From Lama guanicoe (lineage: Eukaryota): 64,000 nucleotides of DNA. Within the stretch, counting starts at the first letter, position 1; each line of letters opens with the position of its first letter. The stretch lies in contig MU056000.1 of NCBI GenBank assembly GCA_013239625.1, positions 14,598,851-14,662,850 of the forward strand, read 5' to 3'. The position numbers and the translations under genes were made by a program. Positions 51,215-64,000 of this stretch are shown piece by piece. Below the pieces are notes generated by a model. It did no database searches, was not told the DNA's origin, and saw only the letters and a program-made list of their open reading frames with translations.

Positions 51215-52165
51215 GTTATACCATGTTCTCAGACAGGAAAACTGAAAATTACAACAATAGTGTTTCTTCCTAAGTTAATTTATAAATTGAATGCAATTTC
51301 AATAAAAAACACCATCAGAATTTATTTCCTAGAGCCATACAAACTGACTAAAAAGTTCCTCTCCTCTGAAAGATTAGATACTTGGGAATCACCAGGAAAC
51401 TTGAAGAAAAAAAAAAAAAGGCATGTGAAGGTGATGGCTAATAATTGAAAATGTCAAAACTGTATAGTATGTTATAGAAATAGCCAGATAATCCAATGGA
51501 AAATATAGAAAATCTAAAAATATACAAGAGTATATGAGAAAATTTAGGATGAGATTAAAAAATATCTCAAATTAGCAGAACTAAAAGATAGTTAATAAGT
51601 GGTATTGTGATAACTGGGCAGCGAGGTAAACAATATTTAAAAAATGTATATATTTTTACTCCAGTATAAATTCTAAATGAATCCAATCTAAATTTAGAGG
51701 GGAGGCAGGGCTGACTGCAGTGAATTCCAGGCATGATTCATAATCCAGAAGGAAAGATCAAACTATGTAGTGGTATTATAGGGAGTGAACCACAGTCAAG
51801 TTGTAATAACAGACAAAAAGGAAAAAAAAAATTCCTTTTATATCATACTTATATTACAGCAAATGATCAACGTGCATTAGATAGAGCTTTCAAAAGTAGA
51901 AACAATACTAACAACACATAACTGGACAAGAACATGTTCAGATAGTTCAGAGAAAGTAAATACAAACTCAACTTAAATATAAGAGAGTTAACCTTTCTCA
52001 TAATAAAGGGAATAATAATAAAAGCTCCTAGATAAGTCTTTTTTTTTTACCTACAACACTGGAAAAAAATGTTTGAAAACATACTCTGTTGTCTAAACTA
52101 CAGGAGGAACAGACACATTTATACTTTCCATGTAGCTTAAAAATGGTGTCAGCCCTATGAATGAT
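51215..52165 (+). mobile_element. Old L1M ORF2 remnant
   Basis: ORF 51200..51448 reads IPCSQTGKLKITTIVFLPKLIYKLNAISIK, homologous to L1 ORF2 IPCSWxGRxNIVKMxILPKxIYRFNAIPIK. Confidence 0.8.
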
Positions 52166-53811
52166 AAATATAATTTTATTCATAAATGCTAAACTTGCTA
52201 TAATTTCTTATTAAATTTAATATAATCACATAATTTGCAAATAAGATGTTTTTAAAATTTTCTCACAATCCTCATAAATGCTTTCTGTTTACCTACTCAG
52301 GACTTTTCATGCAACACTGAAAAAGTGATGATTGTGGACCTCTTGGCTTATTTGTGATTTAAAAAGCATTCATTTACCATTTCACTCATAAATGTGCTCA
52401 TTCCTATAAGGTGTTTTGTTTTAAACTTTTAATTTTGTTTGTTGGTGAGTTTATTTTTATTTTGATTATTGGACACCAATCATCATCTTTTTACAGTTGG
52501 TTAAGAATTTTAACATACTAAAATTCTATTAATTATTTTAACCTATTTTTAATCTATTTTTGATGATTTATATTAAATTTCTTAAAATAATATAATTTCA
52601 GGCTTAGCAAAACTCAGTTTGTTGTCACCTTATATTTGGCCACATTTTGTGTAATATTTTTGTATCTATATTCATGATTGAATTTGACCAGTGGCATGTT
52701 TTTTTTTATTTTGCATGTTAAAAATGTGTAACTGATGTTATAATCAATGTATTAATGTGACATATTCCATATGACTGTAAGTTATTTGAAAGTAAAACTC
52801 ATGGTGTATTTCTATTCGTCTTTGTATTTTCTTCTTCAATTCATGTAACTTGCAAACTAAGGTGTTCTACAAGCTTAAAAAGTGAACTAGCTTAGATGCT
52901 TCTCTAAGGCAACTCAACCCAGATTTTTTCTGCATCTGCTCCTCAGTCACAAACGATCTCTCCTAAAAAGTTCCATAGCTGTTGAACTTTTACTGGATTC
53001 TTTATTTTTTTCCTAGAATTATCCACAATAATTCCACAGAGACTTTCTCAAATGTATGATAGAGTTCACAAATAAATAAATATCATAGACAGCAAATATA
53101 TATTTATTGCCATTAAGAAGTAAGCTCAGAAACAAGTCTTCTCTCTTCAAATGTTAATAAAATGAAGAAGACAAAAAATAGCATCTTAAGGGGAATAATT
53201 ACTCCATAATTATGATTATAAGGGAGTTCCACTTTCTGGGGAAATGCTATCCTAAAAACCACTAAGGTAAATTCCCTCCTAAACTCATGTATATTTTTTC
53301 CCATGGGGAAAATTGGAGCTTGGGGTTTTGACCAGTGGCCAAAGTTCTGCATCAACTCAATTGTAGGAATGATCATGCAGATATTCAAGTAACAGTTTTA
53401 ATATTACAATATAAATGTATGCTTCAAATTATATGAGTAGGCAGAAATGTCCACACTGAGTAAGTAAAAGTCTCAAAAGTACTATGAATGTATATACGGA
53501 CATCTAAAATATTTTCTTGTAATTTTTCTATCCTAATACTCATATAGATGTCATTACAAACGTTCATTCAGTTAGCACACAAATGTCTTCTTTTTTTTTT
53601 TAACCTTTAAGATATTTAGAAGAATTTGGAGAGCTAATTTGTATGCTGTATATCTCAAATATTGTGCAGAAAATTGGCCTGATGACTTCAATTTTCTAAA
53701 ATATTTTTCTGTAGCAAAAAAAGAAATTAAAAAAAAATCTATCTGGATTCCAATGAACAAATACTTGACATCAAGCCATTCAGTGTACAATTATATACAG
53801 GAGGCTTTCAT

Positions 53812-54190
53812 GATGATGATAACGGTAATAATATTCATACAGCACTTACTGTACTGCTTCACTCTTCAGGGTACACGTTCACAAATGCTGATGGAAAACT
53901 TCTTTCAATGCTCTAAAGTAGGTAGAATGGCTACTATATTCACTTTGCAGTTTAAATTCTTCCCCTTCATACGTGTCCAGACCTCTCCAGTCTTAAAACA
54001 AATTTCTTCCCTCACTCCCACTGTATTTTTAGCTACTTTCCTATATTTCTCATCTTCTTCATTTCCAAAATATTTGATCAGTGTATCTATTTCTATAAAC
54101 ATTTCTTGATTGACTGACATAAGCAAACTGAGTCTGACAGAGGGGAATGGTATGCCCAGAATCACTTAACAAGTTTGTAACAGAACCTTT
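53812..54190 (-). mobile_element. MIR pieces with an intervening decayed L2-like segment
   Basis: TAATAATATTCATACAGCACTTACTGTAC...; AAGCAAACTGAGTCTGACAGAGGGGAATGGTATGCCCAGAATCAC. Confidence 0.5.
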
Positions 54191-57100
54191 GTTATAATTA
54201 CTCAGCATAGAGAAAGTCCTAGTGCCTTGGATCAGGTCACTAGGGTATCTCCTTTCATTGTCACCATTCCAATATCAAGCACAGTCATCATGATTTCAAA
54301 ATGTCAACATCTCAGCCCTTGTCTGCAATAAGAAGTTTAGAGACCAGGACTTTAGGTCTTTGTTTTGATGATAGCTGACTAGGATGATTTTGGTGGCAAG
54401 TGACATACCTGTGAGCAAACTGCATGAGTGCAAGCCCTATGTGTGTGAGTGTTCACGTGTATATGTACAATTAAGATACATTTATAGCACTACTTACTTC
54501 TTAGGCCCCACTACATAACATCCTCAGACTTAACGCTGAGCCAGTAAGATGATATACTGCTCAATATAAGTATGGAATTAATAAACATTTCAGTAACTTT
54601 AAAGTGACAGCTAAAAAGAATAAAATATTTTGGTTGCTTAAATTGTGTTTTGATGTGTCTTGTTCATTAAAAATCTCTGGCTACTCTGCACTGTAAAGTT
54701 TTTCACTGGTGATTTGAGGTGAACTGGACATTGTCTTCCTGCACTAGCTCATACTTCAGGGATATTTCCTCCAAGAACAAATCTTCTTGAAGATGACTAC
54801 ATGCCAATGAAGCAATAATTTTCACCATGGGGAGTGAAAATTTAAAAAATAAAATAAAATAATAAGAAAATACCAACATAAAAAGGGGAAAGAGATAACA
54901 AAGAAAAGGTAGGAAATCTTTGTATCTAACATGTTCTGTGGCCCATGTGTATGTCCAGTAATACATCCCTGTTGAATTAACATTAATGTAAGCCAGGGGT
55001 TAAATGAATAGATACTTGTTTTAAAAAGGGAATGAATGAATGAGTCAAATGTCCAATAGTATTCAGTATGGTCTAGAATCCAAATCTTAATTTTAAGAGT
55101 TCAGTGTTATCCCTGGAGATGATTGGGGATGAGAGTGAGAGTGATAAATTAAATTTAAAAAAAGAACATGAGAGTCCTGCCCACTTCTTGCCACATGCTA
55201 CTGAGAACAAATGTTCAAGTCATATGTCAGTCTCGTGACAAGCAAGCATGCTTAACATGTCCCTTGGTCATCTGTCCACTAAGAGCTCTGGTTCCCATAA
55301 TTTCATACCCATTTGTCTTTCCGTTAGACACATACAATTTAAATCCCCCCTAAACACCCATGTTTGTCTGCAACTGATATGCTCCATTCTGTTGAGTAAG
55401 ACCCAACAACTCCCATTTGGCAGCTTTTTCAATCAAAACAACCCCAATCTCTTACACTAGGGTTGTGTAGCTCATCAAACCCACCTAGTAAATGCTGGCC
55501 AACAACGTATTACAGAATGTTTACTACCTCGGAACTTCTCTTCACATATAATTCAGAGAACAACTATGAGCTATTTGACTCCTTTAACACTAAAGTTTGC
55601 AATTTTCCCAACGCACATGGGAATTCTGTCTTAGAAATCAATGATAATGCCATGTTTTCCTTTGATGGGTTGTTGGCAGACTTCTCACTTTCTCATGTAT
55701 AAACATTTACAATTCTATCATCAGCAGAGCCAGGAGACAGATGAAGCTAAGCTGCTTGACTAATTGACTAGTATTAACGTAATTAAACATATTAAGATCC
55801 AGATTGATAGTCACTGAGTGACTTTAACGACTACCAAGTTCATTAGGCCTCTAACATACTGGGCTTAACAGAATACAAAGTTATTATTTTCAAATTTTTT
55901 ACATATGGGATACCATTATTAATATCACCATAAAATTACTTATTTAACAGTGAATGATAATTTTAAGAGGTTTGCAATAATCATAATGATGGTTCTGTTA
56001 TAATTTGAAATTACTTTATTTTGTAGAACATTAAAGAAATACAGGATTAGCTGTGGAGAAATTCACTGTTGGCAACTTTTCATTAAGACATTAATTTGCT
56101 TCTTTTATGACCTTTCATATGCACAGGCTTCAAGAAATCTTGGAGTCTTGATAAAGTAGTTTGGAAAAGGTTTTATAATCTTACAGGGAGCACATAAAAT
56201 GTAGCTAAAAATCAAATGGAAAATAACAGTGAGACAGTTTCCTGAAAACAATATACAGGTTTCTGAGGGAATGTAAACAAAATCACACACCGGGCAGAAG
56301 AGAGGTACTAAGAAAAATTATTTTAATTAAAGTAACCTTGGGCTCACTTTCTGAATTAAGCAGTTGTCATTTATTGAGAAATAGAAAGTGATGAAACATC
56401 AGGGCTTGGTGGGCAGGACCTGGGCAAAGAAGGCAGCATGAATATGACAGAGAAATTAGAGAAAGCTGAGAAGCCTTATATGTTTAGAACCAATTATATG
56501 TTATATTTTCTTTCTACTTCTTTAATTTTTTTAGTTTGTTTCTCATTAGCTTGCTATGAAATAGGAAACAGATATGGAATATATGAGACTATGGTTTGTA
56601 CGAAGACCTATAATAATAATGTATATCTGTTGATGTGGTATCTTGCTTTCTATTCAACTTCCCATAAGGATTTCTTCACTCTGTAGAGACAGGAAACAGA
56701 ATTTGCAATTTTGTTTATCCCAAAAGATGCTGAGGAATTATTTGCTTATTTTCAAACAATAAAAACTGTTCAAGCGTGATTATTCTTTTTCTACAAAGTT
56801 CATCAACTACAATGCTCAGCAGACAATCTTTCACGGGTAGGAATTTAACAAAAATGCATGAAGCTTAAAGCACACTTTATATTCTTTGAGTGTTAGAAAG
56901 GAGAATAATGTATATTTTTGTGTAATTCTAGGAACAATGTCCTAATGCTGTCTAAGAATTAATCCTGATAAGGATTAGTGTTTACTCAGTGATGACTGCT
57001 GTTGCATCTGAACTAACTAGCATCTGTATTCTAATATATATTTTATTTACTAATACTTTATTATAAAACTACTGTTTTAAGTCATGAATATAGAGAAAAC

Positions 57101-57840
57101 AAAATTTTTTAAATTATCTATTTGCTTATATGTATTTTCTTCCTGTAAAAGGTCATGATGACATCAGATTGAAAAGAATACATTGAATAATTAAACAGAA
57201 TATAGAAATTAATTTTATTCCTCAATGCAGATGTTATAATATATGAAATAAATTTACTTAGTGGGGATTTCTAGTGAGTATATTAATGTTCCAGATAAAA
57301 CAAATAATCTGATTTTTCATTAAAACATCACTTAATTTCCTTGACCAAGAATTATTACCAGCAAGTAACTCGAAGTGCAAAGCAAGCAAATAATTCAAAT
57401 CTGAGAATCTGGATATTGTCCAAAGAATGATGGTTCTCTTCATTTGACTAACTTTACATTCATGCTGAGGTTATATAAATATTTAAAGTGTAATCCCTGT
57501 TTATAAGGTTCTCATAAAGTTCTTGCCATTTTTAGGAAAAATGTAAATACCCCAGTCCTGTAAAAGTAGGAGCTCAAAGGTTACAGTCTTGTTGGAAAAA
57601 AGGATCTATAGAACCTGAAAGAGAAGATGACTTCTGGAGCAAGGCCCCTGTGCTGGCAAGCGTGGACAGGACTTAATATAAGTTGCAGACACACACACAG
57701 ACATCATGCCCACTTCTTTGTAATTTTAATAAAATTGAGTTTTTGGACAATAATACTAATTAATAAAAGCTAATAAGAAACCTTTTTGTATAGACAACTA
57801 TATTCAACGTGCTTGACTCCTCTTGTGAACAACTAAGAGG

Positions 57841-58246
57841 TGTTATAGGATGAACTGTGCTCCCTGAAAATTCACATGTTGACCCCCAAGTACAACAATA
57901 TGTGACCACATTTGGAGGCCAGGTCTTTAAAGAGGTGATTAAGTTACATGAGGTCTTCAGTGTAGCCCCTAACCCAGCATGACTAGAATATTTCTAAGAG
58001 GACGACACCTGGACAGGTAAAGAGAGAAACCAGAATCATGCATAGACCTGGGGATGACCATGGGAGGGCACAGCGAAAAGGCAGCCATCTATCTGCAGGC
58101 CAAGGAGAGATGCCTCAGGAGAAACCAAATCTGCCAGTAACTTGATCTCAAACTTCCATCCTCCAGACTGTGACAAAATAGATGTCTGGTTCTTAAGCCA
58201 GCCAGTCTGTGGGATTTCGTTACAGAAGCCCTAGCAAAGTGATAAA
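57841..58246 (+). mobile_element. MaLR solo LTR, MLT1B-like
   Basis: TGTTATAGGATGAACTGTGCTCCCTGAAAATTCACATGTTGA...GGTCTTTAAAGAGGTGATTAAGTTA...GCCAAGGAGAGATGCCTCAGGAGAAACCAA...TTAAGCCAGCCAGTCTGTGG. Confidence 0.9.
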
Positions 58247-60237
58247 GGATTGAAGCCATTTGACATCAATAACCAGGTCTTATGCTCCTTTTAAGTCTGC
58301 CCAGCAATTACTATCAAAGGAACCCAATAAATATTTGTCGGTATGATTTTAAATAATAAAGATTAAAATGACTGGTTAAACTATAGTTTATGTGGATTGT
58401 CTTTAATTATAGCTCACTGCTCCTGAATATATTTCCTGAGCAACAATGCACTTACATATTTACAATAGTGAGGATAATAAATGGATTATCTAAAGGGAAA
58501 CAGATGGAGTATCTTTTCATTTGAAAGTTGAATAATAATAATGTGAGGCAGCTTAAGATGAATCTGAAATGCTATATCCTTTCCTAAAGGCAAGAGAGCA
58601 CCTTATTCTCTATTTCCAGAACCTTTCAGGACCAATAAATTAATGCTGAGAAGAAAAATCTTCTCTGAACAGATGTTCTCAGATAAGTCTAAAACCTTTC
58701 ATGAAGTGTTTTTCATTACAGACATGATTCATGTTTTAAAAGAATCTTATTTCTAATTTATGTGCACAGACTTGTAACTCTTCTATAAAGCATGTTGAGG
58801 AATAAAAATCAAATCACTCATAGCCATATCAATAATTCTGTTGCGTATGACTTCTAACTGAATAGTGATTAATATGCAACCAATGAATCAAAGATCTTGG
58901 GTTTTACCTTCTTTGAAGCAGCAATCTGCCTTGTTTTCATGCTAGACATGAAAGTACAAGACGTATGAATTTAACTGAGAACATTCTCAAAATCCCTCAT
59001 TTTAATACATTGAAGTTCATTTCTCTGTGCAGTTACTTAAGGTGGTGTCTCATGTGCAAGATGGAGTCACTGCCTTTGCAATCTCACTTCCATCACTTTC
59101 CAAGTGGTATGTTGCTGAAAACTTTAAATTTTACTAATGTCAGAAAAATGGTTGCTGAAAGCAGGTTTGCTCATGCATTCCTTCTGCAAATGTCTTCTTA
59201 TTCATTGCCATCAGCTGAACTGACATTTTGATTGGTCTGTAAATCTGTGAAGAATGCTGGCTGAGAAATAAGCATGTTTTCGAGCATTTCCTTCCTTCTG
59301 GTAATAGGCTGTGTGCTGACCCTGTACAAATCTGCATTTAGCTGAATCCATGTTTGACTCCTTTACATCATAATTGTCACAGTGATAAACTGAATCACAG
59401 TTTAGTATTTAATGTAAACTAAACAGGGAAATTAATTTATCTAATGTATTTTTTCATATCACAGAATATTATAAAGGAAATAGGTATTAAAACTCTTAAA
59501 TGTTGGATATTCCTATACTTTTAAAAAAGCGTGTTTGCACATAAATGAGAGAGACAGAGGAAAGGGATGGGTAGGGAGAGAAATAATATTCATTTGTGTG
59601 GACAGGCTAAGTTGTAATAAATTTATACAGTTTTTCTTAGGAACTCATCTTCTTTGTATTAAACTTTTATAAATTATTATTGTATTTCACCAAGTGAAAT
59701 GAGCTTTTCTCATCTGTTCAATGCATTTGAGAAAATGCAGTTGTAAACATTGTTACTCAGGCTCATACAGAAAGTTCTACTTAACTTCATTAAGCACTAC
59801 TCCTCACTATAGTATGGTGATGATGCAAATTTGAAAATTTGGTTCTTTGATATTTAGTTAAAAATAAACCCTTATTTAAAAAGAAATATATCTCAATCCA
59901 AGTTTAGTTACCTGGAAAATAAGGAGTATAAACAGTTCTCAGATTCAGGTACATATTCATAGGCTGAACAGTATGGCTAAATGTACTAAAATATACATTT
60001 CAAACATTTTTCATTCAAATCAATGATTGTTTACTCAATTGACTTGGAAGTCATGGAAGCCAGTGATCTCTAATTTTGGAGAGCATATTTCTTTACATAT
60101 TTATCTTCCATTACCTACAACTATTTCTTCATCAAGAAAATAGGTATGCTATTATCACTAACTAATATCTCAAGTGACAGTGTATACTTAGTTGAGGTTA
60201 ATTGTTACCAATAATTAATATAAATTACCATTTCAAA

Positions 60238-60390
60238 ATTTATATATTTTATCAAATTATAGCTATATACACCTATATAGCTATATATATGATATATACA
60301 TACATAGGTGTGTGTATATATGTGTGTGTGTATATATGTGTGCATTAGCCATTAGACCTAAGTGTACGCACATATACACATATATGTGAT
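60238..60390. repeat. Degenerate (TA)n/(TG)n low-complexity tract
   Basis: Directly visible. Confidence 0.8.
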
Positions 60391-61340
60391 ACTGGTTCTT
60401 GTCAGATTTTTAAAAATATAATGTAGCTGATGAAAAGCTTATAAGAAAAGGAGAATTTGTCTTATTTTACTTTTCTTACTTGCATCTTTGTATCTTTCAA
60501 GTTTCTTTACCAGAATCTTTTAAAGCTACTAGTAATTTTATAACATTTATATTAGCTTAATCAATCTTGAAAAATCATTATAAATCCACAAACCATAGAA
60601 TATTCAAGCTTCATTTTGCCCACTATGTTTCAGGGGAATGAGAGAGAGGAGGGACCTGCCCACCACTCTTTGTGGAGTCCCCTCTTTTCCTAGAATCTTG
60701 GAGAATGTTTAGAAAGTATGAGCATGGGGACTACAGAAGCAAGGAGGGCACCAACAGTAATCTTGACTAATTCCGTGCTAATTTCTCTAAGTTTTTAAGA
60801 TTAAAATAAGGACTAGTAGAAGCATTAACATCTTCATCACCACAGATTCAGTTCATGCAACTGATAGAGATAACATCAAAGACTATCATTTTTTTCCTTT
60901 TATTTATCTAGGGTAAGTAGTGAACTAAGAAATATTTTTTTCTTTTCTTTTGAGACAGATCAAAATAAGCCATTTCATTGACCTAGTTTTTTAATTAAAA
61001 GCAAAATTTAAGGCTGCATGCGCTAAGTAAGACAAGTAGCATTTTAAAGGGTGCTTGCTTCGTGAAGCAGCTATTAAATCGGTGGGAAGGATGAAGGGAG
61101 GGGACTGCATAATACAAGGAGATGGAGAGTGGTTGGCTTCGGAGAACTTGGAATCCAGCAGCAAGTTTAAATCATACTTTGAAATGTTGATTAATAGTCC
61201 TTTCTTTACTTAAAAGCCTCTTCCTATATATACTTTCTAAAATTTTAAATTTGACTTCTCAAGCAAAGATTACACTTTCCCTTGGATTAAAAAAAATCGG
61301 TCGAAATAATGATTTTAAATTACTTAAGAATGGTTATCTG

Positions 61341-61524
61341 TAAAACAGATAAACAAGGTCCTATTGTATAGCACAGGGAATTATATTCAATACCTTGTAC
61401 TAGCCTATAATGAAGAAGAATATGAAAAAGAATATATATACATATAAATGAATTACTATGCTGTACAACAGAAATTAATACAGCATTGTAAATCGACTGC
61501 ACTTCAATAAAAAATTAAAAAAAT
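61341..61524 (+). mobile_element. Short cetartiodactyl-type L1 3' terminus
   Basis: AAACAAGGTCCTATTGTATAGCACAGGGAATTATATTCAATAC...CATTGTAAATCGACTGCACTTCAATAAAAAA; homologous to ~47700-47880 in this window. Confidence 0.92.
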
Positions 61525-61619
61525 AAGAGTGAGCATCAATTTGCATAACTAGCTGTCCGAATATCCTTTTGTTTTCAAACTCTGACAAATCATTTTTATG
61601 TGTTTGTTTTCTAGAGAGT

Positions 61620-61865
61620 TCATTAATATCAATATGTGTTCTCGTATGTTAAATGTCCATGTTGAGGGAGACTGTGTGCTAGGAATGTTGTTTTACACTT
61701 AATATTAACATAGTGCCTTACAGTAAATATGCATATGTCCAATGAACAGATGAAGAAATGAACAGAAGACTCAGTTAAATGCCACATTCGAAAAGATAGT
61801 TAAGTGACCAAGCTCAGGATTGCCTAAATCTTAAGTCATTGTTCTTTGTATCATCTTTCCATACT
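61620..61865 (-). mobile_element. MIR fragment
   Basis: GACTGTGTGCTAGG...ACAGATGAAGAAATGAACAGAAGACTCAGTTAAATGCC...AAGTGACCAAGCTCAGGATT. Confidence 0.65.
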
Positions 61866-62519
61866 ACTTGAATATTATATACTTTTTCAGACCTTCAAAA
61901 ATAAACTGATATCTAGCAAATGAACACAGGTTCTAATGAGCACACGCAGAATTGATTTCTGCAGAGGAAGAGCGGACATTTCATTCGTATGCTTGGAAAT
62001 CTCAAAACTGATTTTACAAGGAAAAGAAGGACCATTGTTGTAATAAAAACTAAATCTCCATAACCCCACATCTGTACCTAGTCTATGATTATATATCATG
62101 TGTTGTGGTTTTTGTTTTGTTTTGTTTTGTGTATGTGTGTTGATTACTCTAGAACTCATTCCTCTGCATAACTCCATTTCTCAAAAGAACACTGGCTACA
62201 GTCCTAATTTTCTTATTGTACAGGCAGGAGTAAGTGATTGCCTAGTGGTTATTTGAGACTTCTGGAGGTCAACATATGATCAGTGAACATAATATCAATT
62301 TTCTGACTTGACCTTTGTGGTTTTGTGACTGGTTAGACTGACTTGAAAAATAATGGCTTTCATTAATCTATGCAGTGACCCAGAATTTTACATGATTATA
62401 TTTTTGGATGCCATACATTTTGGTAAGTTTTAACTTTGTATATACAGTATTATCTGCAGACATAGATGTGTGAAAATTTTTAAATGAGTTTGCTTTTCTT
62501 TTTATTCTTCCATAGCATG

Positions 62520-63600
62520 GAACTATCCCTCTTTGTTTTAGATGTCTGGGGATTAGTGGTGACTTTGGGACTTTAGAGAAGAACTTCCAAAAGTAAAAAG
62601 CTGGTAAAACTCAGCTTTGACATAAAAAGTAGGATTTAACAGCAAGATACTAGGTGTGAGAAACAAGTGTTACTGACAGAGAAAGGATTTTCCAGATTAC
62701 TTTGTAACTCTCTGGGCTGTCAACAACCAAGCCTGGAGGTCTCAAGTTTGTATAGCTATGCATGAGAAACATAGAGTTACTTGTTAATCAGCAATGGCCT
62801 CTTCCAAGCAAGAAGGAAGTCCCAGAAGTGACAGGAAGGAGAAAACAAGAGGAAGAGAAGACAGCAAGCCATTAGGACTAAGTGTAACCTCCTTCTCTAG
62901 GCTCTTGCCTGGAGAGAAGGCAGCTATGTTACTTACATGATGGACGATGCCCTGAGGGTTGATATGATTCATGTATCTATTTCCTGTTGGTAAATTGAAG
63001 GCAACAATGTGAGAAACAACAAAACAAATGGTGTAGTAGAATCAGACCACAACTCTGTGGTTGTAGCTATGAAATTTAACTTTACTGTTTCTCTGGGAGG
63101 AATCTCAGATGTTCCTGAGATTTTGTCTGGGGAACTTGCCATACAGCTACACCAGAGAAGGAGTGACATGTCTTTATAGGAAATTCTGCTAAATGAATCA
63201 TACAGTGAGGGGCCTGACCTCCAGGGCTCTACAATGTCAGCAGTTGTTGAGGGGAGTCCAAAGCAAGGTAGAACCCATAGATCTGTCCACGTAGGACTTA
63301 CACTAGCCACAAAATTTAGCCACACATATCTGTAGACAGGAAGGAACACTTTGGAGACTAGCAGGGGCCAATGACATCATGCTCCAGGACCTCCACTCTT
63401 TCAGCTAGCACCCACCCACTTGCTTCTCTCTGCATGGTCCTGCTGCTCATGGAGAGAACGATGGAAAGAGGGAAGCAGCTGGCTGGGCAGTTCAACACCT
63501 GGGAGATGGAGTTTCTTATTTATGTGATAACCAAAGATGATTATTTAAATTTGTTTATTTTTCTAAGCTTAAATTGGATAGACAATATGTTTTCTCCAAT
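62520..63600. mobile_element. Possible ancient LTR (MamGypLTR-like), unconfirmed
   Basis: ~1 kb block of higher GC in AT-rich surroundings, with purine-rich GGAAGT/CAGAAGTGACAGGAAGG segments; only a weak resemblance from memory. Confidence 0.25.
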
Positions 63601-63715
63601 TAATCAACATGTGGGTTTTGTGAAGAAAATCAAATCAGCAAAAGGTGAAATAATTGTATTTTAATTGCTCATCTAAGATAAGGTGTAGGGTAAGTCTACA
63701 CCCCAATTGTTTTAT

Positions 63716-63768
63716 ACACACACACACACACGCACATACATATACATACATTCACACATTCACATGCA
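63716..63768. repeat. (CA)n microsatellite with a degenerate CATA/CACA tail
   Basis: Directly visible. Confidence 0.9.
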
Positions 63769-64000
63769 AATATACACCAAGATAGGACCTTAAGTGATTT
63801 ATTTATCTACTCATATTTAGGCTATTTTATGACTCAGAATTTTTCAAACCCAGAATTTATCTTTCTCTGAATTTGAAAAAGGGGGTCTCTTATTTGACAG
63901 AATAGCAAAAGGCAGTATTTGTCCATTAATGCTACAATTCAGTCATTTTTCTTCTCAGTCCAAATTATAGAACTGTCCTAAATGTCCTGCCTAAATATAT

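Noticed and set aside
53639..54109. Longest ORF in the track (156 aa)
   Set aside because: Non-ATG start, F/I/S-rich composition typical of AT-rich DNA, and it overlaps MIR/L2 remnants.
54703..54966. Minus-strand ORF containing SHLQEDLFLEEISLKYELVQEDNVQF
   Set aside because: No convincing acceptor/donor pair and no recognisable homologue.
61051..61062. GTGCTTGCTTCG resembling the U6 snRNA 5' end
   Set aside because: Similarity stops after ~12 nt; too short to call a U6 pseudogene.
61326..61537. Possible TSD AAGAATGGTTATC / AAGAGTGAGCATC around the short L1
   Set aside because: Only 9/13 identity; too degenerate to assert.
1..64000. CRISPR arrays, operons, phage or defence systems
   Set aside because: The sequence is mammalian repeat-rich non-coding DNA with no regularly spaced direct repeats and no long ORFs.

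Overview
AT-rich, gene-poor placental-mammal genomic DNA (intergenic or deep intronic), not prokaryotic. I found no recognisable host protein-coding gene, tRNA/rRNA gene or CRISPR array. The short ORFs in the track are either chance ORFs or decayed LINE-1 ORF2 remnants. The window is a mosaic of interspersed repeats (L1, L2, MIR, MaLR/ERVL/ERV1 LTRs, hAT and TcMar DNA elements) and microsatellites. The young L1 3' ends are of the cetartiodactyl type, and I saw no Alu, B1/B2, Bov-A/BovB, PRE-1 or CHR SINEs, which points tentatively to a camelid. I did not find a convincing new biological system. The best leads are: a MER53 hairpin whose arms look homogenised against each other; a CpG-enriched domain (~18-27 kb) running through old repeats; a tiny twin-primed (5'-inverted) L1; a compound microsatellite that arose inside an L1 target-site duplication; and a few unverified frame-preserving exon candidates. 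Repeat family names come from recalled consensus sequences, not a database search, and most boundaries are approximate.
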